A program made the position numbers and the translations under genes. From positions 2,340,001 to 2,372,000 of the forward strand of contig NC_006138.1 in assembly GCF_000025945.1 (NCBI RefSeq): a stretch of 32,000 nt of DNA. Reading direction: 5' to 3'. The number at the start of each line of letters is the position of its first letter. The stretch's first letter is position 1. Of this stretch, positions 1 through 8,104 are shown in pieces. This DNA is from Desulfotalea psychrophila LSv54. GTDB taxonomy: Bacteria > Desulfobacterota > Desulfobulbia > Desulfobulbales > Desulfocapsaceae. A model generated the notes under the pieces. It did no database searches. It was not told the origin of the DNA and saw only the letters and a program-made list of their open reading frames with translations.

Positions 1-1
1 A

Positions 2-487
2 TTTGTTAGCACAACGCATCTAGACGAATTTATTGAGATTACCGGAAAAATTGTGGAGATCGCCGAGAGGGGATTCAAGGATATTGAGTTGATCCGAATT
101 CATAGTGATTGTCATAGTAGGAACATTCTGAATCGCCCCGAAGAAGGTCTCATGATTATTGATTTTGATGACATGGTGACAGGTCCTCCCGTTCAAGATA
201 TTTGGCTTTTATTGCATGATTATGCTGATAGATCCCAAAGGGAGATAAATCTTATATTAGAAGGGTATGAACAGTTTCGGGAATTTGATGATAGGAGCTT
301 GAAGCTGATCGAACCGTTGCGTGCGATGAGAATGCTCCATCACTTAGCCTGGTGCAGCAAACAGGTTAATGATTTTCAGTTTAATAAAAACTTTCCAGAT
401 TGGGGAAGCGATGCTTTTTGGCAAAGAGAAATATCGGATCTTCGGATTCAGTTGCAGATTATTCTAGAAAAGCACTCCACTGGTTAA
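2..487 (+). CDS. srkA: Stress-response Ser/Thr kinase, SrkA/RdoA (YihE) family, C-terminal part; the 5' end lies off-window
   Basis: The frame is open from nt 2 with no stop. The translation HSDCHSRNIL..IIDFDD..PVQDIWLLL..LIEPLRAMR..HLAW..KNFPDW matches the catalytic HxDxxxxN/DxDD blocks and the C-terminal LIEPLRAMR-YLAW-KNFPW blocks I recall from E. coli SrkA. Stop at 485-487. Confidence 0.85.
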   Translation, partial: FVSTTHLDEFIEITGKIVEIAERGFKDIELIRIHSDCHSRNILNRPEEGLMIIDFDDMVTGPPVQDIWLLLHDYADRSQREINLILEGYEQFREFDDRSLKLIEPLRAMRMLHHLAWCSKQVNDFQFNKNFPDWGSDAFWQREISDLRIQLQIILEKHSTG

Positions 488-782
488 TATGAATTAGTTA
501 AAGAATTTTTCCGATATGAGTCAAGGTGAGAAATACGAGTAAAAGGCATTGGTCGAGATGTAATGACCTATTGGGCCAGAGAATATAAGAAATAAGCAGT
601 AAATGGAAATGACATAACAAATGAATTCACAAAGATTGCTGACCCTACGTTTTTTCTCGAAAGGTTTTGCAAGGTTCAAAGATCATCTTTCTCTCTAAGT
701 TCAATGCTGGGCCAGCAACTTGTGATCCAGACGTTAGTATTCCCTGTGTTGAAAATCGACTCTTCACAGGCAGTAAAAAATT

Positions 783-1396
783 ATGATTTATTATATGGGG
801 TTAATCGGAATAGCCGCTTTTGCCATAACAGGGGTAATTGCAGCCGGTAAAAAAGGGATGGCTATATTCAGCGTTGTCCTGCTCGGTGTTGTTACCGCGC
901 TCGGAGGCGGCACTCTGCGTGATGTGATTATAGATTCTGGCCCGGCCTTCTGGGCTAACGATTTACTTTATCTATGGATAGCCGTGTCGGCTTCTGTCAT
1001 AACATTTTTTCTGATCCAGCATGTGCGTCATGCTCTGAAACTACTGCTGTTCGTTGATGCATTCGGCCTATCTCTTTTTACCGTTCTTGCAACGGAGAAA
1101 ACTCTTGTTCTGGGCTTTTCTGAGCCGGTTGCTGTATTAATGGGGTGATCACCGGAATCGCGGGCGGCATGATCCGTGACATGCTGACAGGCCGAATGCC
1201 TCTGCTTTTAGGCAGGGAATTCTATGCGACTCCCGCGCTGCTCGGAGCCGTTGTATTTTGCCTCATCCGTTATTATTTCCCTCTGCATGGCTTTAACATC
1301 ATTTACGCCGTCGGTATTATATTCATACTCAGATCATCTGCGATTCAATGGGGGCTGTATTATCCGAAATGGCTTATTTACAGTGAAAAAAACTGA
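783..1396 (+). pseudogene. TRIC/UPF0126 (YadS/YicG-type) membrane channel, split by a 1-nt deletion in a G run. Either a true pseudogene or a homopolymer sequencing error.
   Basis: ORFs 783..1148 and 1145..1396 each contain the UPF0126 motif (GGGTLRDVI and GIAGGMIRDML). The junction reads PVAVLMG|VITGIAGG, whereas E. coli YadS reads AVCMGVITGVGGG continuously. The sequence atggggtgatc has four G (1142-1145) where five would restore the frame. Confidence 0.75.
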
Positions 1397-1478
1397 ACAG
1401 ATTAAGTGTTTCAGTCAGATTTATATGTCTTTCAAACAGAACCAATCGTAGGGAACTCAACAACTAAGGGGATAGCAA

Positions 1479-1601
1479 CTAGCCTCCGGGATAAAATTCA
1501 CCAGTGCCTGGATTAACTGCACCATCATCCCAGTCATCTTCAGCATAGGCCGTGGATGATAATAAGACTGCTGCCAGTACTAAAATGATAAACTGTTTCA
1601 T
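1479..1601 (-). CDS. Candidate 40-aa secreted small peptide (below the ORF-track cutoff)
   Basis: Minus-strand ATG at 1601..1599 and stop at 1481..1479. Translation is MKQFIILVLAAVLLSSTAYA|EDDWDDGAVNPGTGEFYPGG, with a textbook signal peptide (K in the n-region, hydrophobic core, AYA cleavage motif). A G8 tract (1605-1612) sits 3 nt upstream in the SD position. Confidence 0.4.
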   Translation of the reverse strand: MKQFIILVLAAVLLSSTAYAEDDWDDGAVNPGTGEFYPGG

Positions 1602-1974
1602 ACACCCCCCCCGTTGTTGAGACTTCTTTAAAAGAAGTGATCTCTTCATAAGCTAATTTCCTTTTTAAGGTTAGGTGAAAAGCACCTGATTCACAAAGGT
1701 TCTTTTTTGGGGGGAGAGGTCAAGGTTGTAGTAGACGTGGGCTCTTTCTCCCTCCCCTCGCTATTAAATTGGTAACATTCACAGGTGGTAAGCACCTGGT
1801 AAACAACTCGTCAACTCTTACCTTTTAGCGTGGATTTTGTCAAAATACACCCCTTCCTCTCCCTGGTATGTGATATGGTTGAGGCAGGATTTAAACCATA
1901 TTGGTATGCACTCTCCATCACTCCATAAGCCCGCTCTATCTTAAGACTTAATTTCTAGCAATGGCACAAGAATT

Positions 1975-2589
1975 ATGAATTTCGGAACAATCAAACATTG
2001 GAATGACGAAAAAGGATACGGTTTTATCACTCCAGATAATGGAGGGAATGACGTATTCTTACATATCAAAGCCTTCAAAAAACGACCACACCGCCCTGAA
2101 ATTGGTCAGGTTATTTCATATGGTACAACATCGGGTGACAAGGGTCGTTTACGCGCATGCAATGTGCAGTACATGGAAGACAAATCTTCTTCAACACACA
2201 CGAAAAAACTCACATTTACAATTTATTGCGCATTTTTATATGTGATTGGTATCGCCGTTGGAGTTTATCTGGGAAAACTTCCAAAAGTTTCTATCTATTT
2301 ATACTTAGGGGCGAGCTTTATCACTTTTCTTGCGTATGGCATTGATAAATCAAAGGCTAAACAAGGTGGATGGCGTACGCAAGAAAGCACTTTACACTTA
2401 TTTTCAATCGTTGGTGGGTGGCCAGGTGCTCTTCTTGCTCAACAAAAATTTAACCATAAAACAACGAAAGAATCATTTCGTTCTGAGTTCTGGGGTACAG
2501 TAGTTATGAACTGTGTTGGCTTTTTTTGGTTCACATCTCCAGGCGCATTAGAAAAAACCATCCATTTCTTAGACAAGTTTTTAAAATAA
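1975..2589 (+). CDS. Cold-shock-domain protein fused to a DUF1294 membrane domain
   Basis: The N-terminus GTIKHWNDEKGYGFITPDNGGNDVFLHIKAF carries the CSD RNP1/RNP2 signature. The C-terminus WRTQESTLHLFSIVGGWPGALLAQQKFNHKTTKESF is the DUF1294 signature, with hydrophobic segments in between. Confidence 0.85.
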   Translation: MNFGTIKHWNDEKGYGFITPDNGGNDVFLHIKAFKKRPHRPEIGQVISYGTTSGDKGRLRACNVQYMEDKSSSTHTKKLTFTIYCAFLYVIGIAVGVYLGKLPKVSIYLYLGASFITFLAYGIDKSKAKQGGWRTQESTLHLFSIVGGWPGALLAQQKFNHKTTKESFRSEFWGTVVMNCVGFFWFTSPGALEKTIHFLDKFLK

Positions 2590-3838
2590 AAGGATAACAA
2601 ACGCTGTTGGTAGCCAGACTATTTGCTGTGCTCCGAATTTGCCATAACAAAAAACTAAGCTTTAGTTATATTCCAAAAACATTGCCAGCAAGACAACCTT
2701 GCTGTTACCATGCAATCTATTTAACACGCTGTAAAGGCAACATAACTGCCATAACCTAAAGTCAAAGTAAAAGACAGTCCGTAAGACCACATCCAACAAA
2801 AGGCAAAAGCTGAGGGGTGACAGCTGCCGTCCCAACCGACTCCACCAACTACGCTAAAAGCCAAGCCACTGCCCTCCACCTTTGACCAGCCCCCTCCCAT
2901 GTTGGGGACAACACCCATTGTTATGAAGCTGAGCAGCGGAGAAGTTGGCGGAAATAGAGTTTGAGCTGTTTGAGCTAGCCTTCTTAAACTCTCGTGGGGC
3001 TTGGAAGAGCGGTCCAACCCCTCTGTCATGCACCATCATTTCAACGCGTTGGCGTTACGACCGTATTAGGATGGAGGCGGTGGGCAGGTCAGGACGAACT
3101 GCTAGCTGCGCCCAGGAGCCCGTTCGCAAGCTTAGCGAAAGCTGAAACGAGAGTGAGGATTGGTAACTGGGCCGGGGCGGCATGGGGTGCAAAGGGGGGA
3201 ATGCTTCCTCCTTTGGCCAGTGTGGCTGGCAAGCCACGATCCGGTGACTACCATCAAATCCAGGAAACTCGATCGAGGGTCGTGATGCCAATTTGTTATA
3301 ATGATAAATTATCGCCCTGTGCGATGTAACTCAACCCTTTTGAGTAAAAGAAAATGATGTACCCCACAACCAGCAACGATCTCCCCACCACTCCTAAGCA
3401 GACATGGACGGGCCACACACCTTAACAACGCGAAAGGCGGACGATGGCCTGGCTGACGGCTGAGCATGTTAACAGGCCCTATGGGAGGAGTTCCTTCCTG
3501 CTCTAATGCAATAAGCCCGTTTGCGAAGCGAACCCTCTTTGAGTTGATGTCGATTTTTTGATATCATCCGTAGTGGACGCAGGTCTGTGTTTGTCGGCGC
3601 TTGAGCCAGGCAAGATTGGCTGTGAGAGATATCCAGTTAGAAGGGGGTATCGTGGATGAAAAAGCGTTGGCAAATTGTGTTTTGCGATGGGGCGAGAAAC
3701 CGGATAATAACTTGTTATGCTGACGGAATAACCTCGTAAGCCTGCTGCCGAAACGATTGCCGTTTTCCATCTCTCTCTTTCTTGTCAATTTCTATTTCGT
3801 CAGAGAGAAATGGGGACACCTATAAAGGAGATTCTATT

Positions 3839-4303
3839 ATGGACTGCCGTATCTGCATGAGCCCATTACCCACACCTCTCTATACTGATCAATCAGCGGG
3901 TACTGTCATCGACTTTATGCGCAAGCATCACCTTGAATTTGTTCCTATTGTGGACCGTGATAATAAGTTTGCCGGATTGGTCAGCACTGAAAAACTGATG
4001 CGGATGTTGTTACCCAAATCAATTGGGATGATGCGTAGCATAAAACATGCCAGTTACTTACGTGAATCCGCTGAGGACTTGCAGGCTCGTATGGATGATA
4101 TCCGTTTCCGGCTAATCGGTGATTTGCTCGATCCACATGCCCAAACAGTACATCCTGACGCATCCCTGGTCGATGCCCTGATGGTGATCAGTAATCGTCA
4201 GTATATAGTGCCTGTGGTGGATGACGACGGTCTACTCGTTGGCGCCATCTCCTACTTTTCTATCATGCATGCGCTTGAAGCGGCACAGGAAGAAAGGCCA
4301 TGA
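3839..4303 (+). CDS. CBS-pair domain protein
   Basis: AAGGAG at 3825-3830 lies 8 nt before the ATG at 3839; the track start 3782 is a TTG with no SD. Two CBS-like units are present: VIDFMRKHHLEFVPIVDRDNKFAGLVS and LVDALMVISNRQYIVPVVDDDGLLVGAIS. Its stop overlaps the next start (ATGA at 4300-4303). Confidence 0.75.
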   Translation: MDCRICMSPLPTPLYTDQSAGTVIDFMRKHHLEFVPIVDRDNKFAGLVSTEKLMRMLLPKSIGMMRSIKHASYLRESAEDLQARMDDIRFRLIGDLLDPHAQTVHPDASLVDALMVISNRQYIVPVVDDDGLLVGAISYFSIMHALEAAQEERP

Positions 4304-5643
4304 ATCCGCCGAATCAAGACCAGATCGCTACTCTCTTTGGCCTGGATCCTGTCATACTATCGGCCTCTATCCTCGTCATTACATTCATTGTCCTATTCAG
4401 CGAGCGCTTTAACCGAACCGTTGTCTCCCTGATTGGTGCCTGTACTGTTATTATCACCGGTATCCTGACCCAGGAACAGGCCATAGCAGGCATAGACTTT
4501 AACACCCTGGCCCTTTTAACGGGCATGATGATCATTGTCGCGGTAACCCGCCAGACAGGTCTTTTTGAATATATTTCCATCTGGGCTGTTCAGCTGGTCA
4601 AGGGGGACCCACGAGGTGTACTGATTGTACTGGCACTGGTTACGGCACTGTTTTCAGCATTTCTTGATAATCTGACCACTGTATTGTTGGTAGTGCCGGT
4701 CGCCTTGCTTATTGCCGAGAAATTGGAAGTATCCCCTTACCCGTTTTTAATCTCTCAAATACTGGCATCCAATATCGGTGGCACTGCTACTCTTATCGGT
4801 GATCCGCCAAATATTCTTATTGGCTCAGCCACCGGATACTCATTTACGGACTTTCTTTTTAATCTGGGGCCACTGGTATTGATACTGCTGGTACTGACCA
4901 CTTTATTCCTCTATTTCTATCTTGGCAGTTCTTTGCAAACATCAGAGGAAAATCGTTCCAGGATCATGCGCTTTCGACCGGCTGACAGTATACAGGACCC
5001 GGCCCTGTTGAAGGTTTCATTGACTATGATTGCCGCTGTCATTGCCGGCTTCATATTCGGCGACCATTATGGAATAGCCCCCGGTACAATTGCTATGTTC
5101 AGTGCAGCTCTGTTACTGTTATTTTGTGATTTCGGAGAAAGTGCCCAGGTGCAGGGTCAGCGTCTGCGTCTGGCTTTAGCCGAAGTCGAATGGGGCGCAC
5201 TATTTTTTTTCATGGGTCTATTCATTCTGGTTCATGGGGTTAAACATACCGGCATACTGCATATGCTGGGTGATAAGCTGATTCAGTTAACCGAAGGTGA
5301 TCCGCAAACCACCGCATTTTCGGTATTGTGGCTGTCTGCTTTGGCATCCTCAGCCATCGACAACATCCCCTTTGTTGCAACAATGATTCCTCTGGTGGAA
5401 TCAATGGAGATCAGTCTTGGCGGTGCAGAGGCAATAAAGCCCGTCTGGTGGTCACTGGCACTTGGATCTTGTTTAGGTGGTAATGGTTCATTGATTGGTG
5501 CAGCTGCTAACGTAATGGTGGCTGGTTTGGGTGATCGGGCAGGCTATCCCCTTAATTTTCTCGATTTCATTAAAATAGGTTTGCCAATCATGCTGGTTAG
5601 CGTCCTTATAGCTCATGTTTATGTTTACTTGGTTTATTTTTAG
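4300..5643 (+). CDS. ArsB/NhaD-superfamily (CitMHS/YbiR-like) anion or ion permease
   Basis: 447-aa polytopic protein with the motifs AFLDNLTTVLLVVP, NIGGTATLIGDPPNILIG and SSAIDNIPFVATMIP, typical of the ArsB/NhaD permease fold. Translationally coupled to the CBS gene. Confidence 0.85.
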   Translation: MNPPNQDQIATLFGLDPVILSASILVITFIVLFSERFNRTVVSLIGACTVIITGILTQEQAIAGIDFNTLALLTGMMIIVAVTRQTGLFEYISIWAVQLVKGDPRGVLIVLALVTALFSAFLDNLTTVLLVVPVALLIAEKLEVSPYPFLISQILASNIGGTATLIGDPPNILIGSATGYSFTDFLFNLGPLVLILLVLTTLFLYFYLGSSLQTSEENRSRIMRFRPADSIQDPALLKVSLTMIAAVIAGFIFGDHYGIAPGTIAMFSAALLLLFCDFGESAQVQGQRLRLALAEVEWGALFFFMGLFILVHGVKHTGILHMLGDKLIQLTEGDPQTTAFSVLWLSALASSAIDNIPFVATMIPLVESMEISLGGAEAIKPVWWSLALGSCLGGNGSLIGAAANVMVAGLGDRAGYPLNFLDFIKIGLPIMLVSVLIAHVYVYLVYF

Positions 5644-5718
5644 TTTCACAGCTAAGGTGATCTGCCAAGGGGAAGTCTGTAACGCCATGAAGTAAAAGTA
5701 TGTAGCCGATCGCTTAAC

Positions 5719-5743
5719 GCAGACCGCTGGAAGTGCGGTCTGC
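5719..5743 (+). terminator. Hairpin downstream of the permease gene; possible terminator or stabiliser
   Basis: Perfect 9-bp stem gcagaccgc/gcggtctgc with the 7-nt loop tggaagt, 76 nt after the stop. No U-tract follows, so it is not a canonical intrinsic terminator. Confidence 0.35.
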
Positions 5744-5873
5744 CGGGAACCTGGTTGCCAGATTAACTATAAATACCAAGTGACACTATTGAATAGCGGC
5801 TGGTTAGCTCAGCCGTCATGTTTCGAGACAGTAGTGTCCCAAGATGAAAAACCTGCCTGCTTCAGGAGTGAAA

Positions 5874-7619
5874 ATGCAAAAAAAAATCTTTTCCCCCCTC
5901 TATATCCTTGCTCTGTTTCTATTTCTGTCCGCTTCCAGGGCTTATGCGTACAGTCCAGCATACAAGATACTTATTTTACATTCCTATTCCATGGACTACA
6001 TGTGGACGGAGGAGCTGCATCAGGGGATAACAGAGACTCTTGAAAAAATGTCTCCACCCTCACAGTTCCGCGTTGAATTCATGGACACAAAAAATTTTTT
6101 TAATGAAGCCTATATCAAAAGCCTTGCCCATACCTATACCCTGAAATACGCTGAGGTACAGTTCGATGGCATCGTTGTAACAGACAACAACGCCCTGGCC
6201 TTTATGACAAGTTATGGAAAAGATATTTTTCCAGGAGTTCCCGTAGTGGCCTGCGGGATCAACGACGCGAGGCCACCGGAAGAGGGAAGTAATATCAAAA
6301 GTATCATTGCGGCGGGAGCTGACCATGGAGAAACCATAAGGCAGGCATTGAAGTACTGGCCGGATGCCAAAAGACTGTTTGTCCTTTACGATGCAACCCC
6401 CACAGGCCAATTCATAGCCAGCGAGGTACGACAGTCTCTCTCCTCATTAGAAGCCCCTCTCAAAGCCCAATTCATATCCGACAAAAGCCTTGATGAACTG
6501 AAACGATTTGTTGCTACCCGCAAGGCAACGGATCTTGTATATACACTTCCCTTTTTCCGTGACATCACCGGGAATGTATTTGCGGAAGGTCAGGCGGTGA
6601 GGGAACTTGCTTCCCTCTCCTCAGTCCCCATCCTGGCTTCCTGGTCCTTTCAGTTGGGCACAGGCGTTATTGGTGGACGATGCGTCTCCCCGTATTATTC
6701 AGGAGAGCTGGCGATGCGCACCCTCATGGAGATTCTTGACGGACAGGCTGTACCGCCTTTCCAGTCGCACGTTTCCGTGTTCGAAAACCGCTATGATTAT
6801 GAAGTGGTGAAACAGTTTGGCATCCAGGAAAAACTTCTTCCTGAAGATACCATATTCATCAACAGGCCCTTATCATTTTATGAAAAGCATCGCGACGTAC
6901 TGCTGCCGGCAGGTATCGTAATCGCCATCCTTTCCATCATTGCAACGCTTCTATTCCTGAATCTCCAGAAACAACGAACCATCAATGTCACCAACGCCCG
7001 TCTAATAGCTCTGGACAAGGAACTCATCACGACCCAACGGGAGTTGGTGAGTACCCTGGGCGAAGTGATTGAAGTCAGATCAAAGGAAACAGGCAATCAT
7101 GTGAAGCGTGTTGCCAAGATATCACGACTGATTGGGGAAAAAATCGGACTGAGTGATCATGAGCTGGAAACCCTGGAGGCCGCCTCACCGATGCATGACG
7201 TGGGAAAGATTGGCATTCCCGAGAGTATTCTGCAGAAACCAGGAAAACTCACAGATGCAGAATTTGACGTTATCAAGACGCATACGACTATAGGCAAGGA
7301 CATTCTGGGCTCTTCTGACCGGGAGCTTTTGAGCATCGCCTGCATCATCGCTCACCAACACCATGAACGTTGGGACGGAACCGGATACCCGGCCGGTCTC
7401 GATGGTGAAAAGATCAGCATATATGCCAGAATTACAATGCTGGCCGATATCTATGACGCTCTTTCGTCAGATCGGTCATATAAAACGGCATGGTCGGAAA
7501 AACAAATCTACGAATACATTCGCTCCAAACGTGAGAAATTCTTTGACCCCTATCTTGTTGACGTTTTCTTTGAACACATAGGCGAGGTAAGGGCCATACG
7601 AACTCAATATCGAAAATGA
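5874..7619 (+). CDS. Membrane-anchored HD-GYP domain protein (probable c-di-GMP phosphodiesterase) with a periplasmic substrate-binding-protein-like sensor domain
   Basis: AGGAG at 5864-5868 precedes the ATG at 5874. Signal/anchor MQKKIFSPLYILALFLFLSASRAYA is followed by YKILILHSYSMDYMWTEEL (ABC_sub_bind-type sensor), the TM segment LLPAGIVIAILSIIATLLFL, and then HDVGKIGIPESIL...HHERWDGTGYPAGL (HD-GYP). Confidence 0.85.
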   Translation: MQKKIFSPLYILALFLFLSASRAYAYSPAYKILILHSYSMDYMWTEELHQGITETLEKMSPPSQFRVEFMDTKNFFNEAYIKSLAHTYTLKYAEVQFDGIVVTDNNALAFMTSYGKDIFPGVPVVACGINDARPPEEGSNIKSIIAAGADHGETIRQALKYWPDAKRLFVLYDATPTGQFIASEVRQSLSSLEAPLKAQFISDKSLDELKRFVATRKATDLVYTLPFFRDITGNVFAEGQAVRELASLSSVPILASWSFQLGTGVIGGRCVSPYYSGELAMRTLMEILDGQAVPPFQSHVSVFENRYDYEVVKQFGIQEKLLPEDTIFINRPLSFYEKHRDVLLPAGIVIAILSIIATLLFLNLQKQRTINVTNARLIALDKELITTQRELVSTLGEVIEVRSKETGNHVKRVAKISRLIGEKIGLSDHELETLEAASPMHDVGKIGIPESILQKPGKLTDAEFDVIKTHTTIGKDILGSSDRELLSIACIIAHQHHERWDGTGYPAGLDGEKISIYARITMLADIYDALSSDRSYKTAWSEKQIYEYIRSKREKFFDPYLVDVFFEHIGEVRAIRTQYRK

Positions 7620-8059
7620 GGAATCGCTTATAACTTTTAGGGCGTGACTTGCCCTGTAATTACCCTGCTTTTCTTTTTGACAGGATCTGAACCAGTGAAA
7701 ATATAAAAAATCTCACTAAAGAATATCAGAGAGTTGAATGGCGTCAAAAAACAAGCAGAGAAGAAAAAGACTCAACATAATTACTGTGACTGGTGACACC
7801 AAAACGTTGAAATAATTGTATACCATCTCTTTCTTTGGTTCTGGCATGGCAACAGTAAAAGCACCCTGTCGATTTTCCCAAAAGTACTGAGCTGCATGTT
7901 ATCGGCACATTTATAGAGTGAGAATTTTACGAAACAATAGATTGGCATCACGACCCAAATCTTCAGCAGACAATCCGGTTAGCTTCTTGGCAATATAAAA
8001 AATATACCCCTTTTAAAAGGTCTGGTTTTGATCTTGTCCGATTGTTTTTTAAGGTTACT

Positions 8060-8088
8060 CCCCGTGCACCGCGGCGCGGTGCACGGGG
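8060..8088 (-). terminator. GC-rich hairpin immediately 3' of giant gene A
   Basis: ccccgtgcaccgc-ggc-gcggtgcacgggg forms a 13-bp perfect stem 17 nt past the stop. No U-tract follows on the minus strand (a T-run precedes it on the plus strand), so it is not canonical. The element is conserved after copy B. Confidence 0.35.
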
Positions 8089-8104
8089 CCTGCCCCTATT
8101 TCTA

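Noticed and set aside
3080-3260. Fragments resembling riboswitch cores: ggtcaggacgaactgc versus the B12 box, and ggggtgc plus gatccgg versus the TPP element. Also gcgaaagctgaaacgag versus group II intron domain I, and a gtgcg at 3319.
   Set aside because: The elements are in the wrong order and spacing for the cobalamin or TPP consensus, and the region is more than 500 nt from the next gene. I found no domain V-like hairpin or RT ORF for a group II intron.
2721-3329. ORFs of 61-111 aa on both strands within the GC-rich gap (2721..3029, 2854..3039, 2945..3145, 2994..3329, 3055..3291).
   Set aside because: They overlap one another and have no SD or recognisable motifs. Their length is what GC-rich non-coding DNA yields by chance. 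The region is reported as unexplained instead.
3564-3788. 74-aa minus-strand ORF just upstream of the CBS gene, and the TTG-initiated extension 3782-3838 of the CBS ORF.
   Set aside because: The ORF is Arg/Lys-rich with no SD. The CBS gene has a clear AAGGAG-ATG at 3839, which makes the upstream extension unnecessary.
5780-6043. 87-aa ORF overlapping the start of the HD-GYP gene, and other nested ORFs inside the permease, HD-GYP, dld and lctP genes (for example 4314..4580, 6060..6410, 24844..25302, 27761..28114).
   Set aside because: They are all nested within longer ORFs that have strong family signatures, and they have no independent signals.
7716-7847. 43-aa minus-strand ORF (MPEPKKEMVYNYFNVLVSPVTVIMLSLFLLCLFFDAIQLSDIL) with one hydrophobic segment.
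   Set aside because: There is no convincing SD upstream of either ATG, and AT-rich intergenic sequence easily yields such ORFs. It cannot be supported without expression or conservation data.
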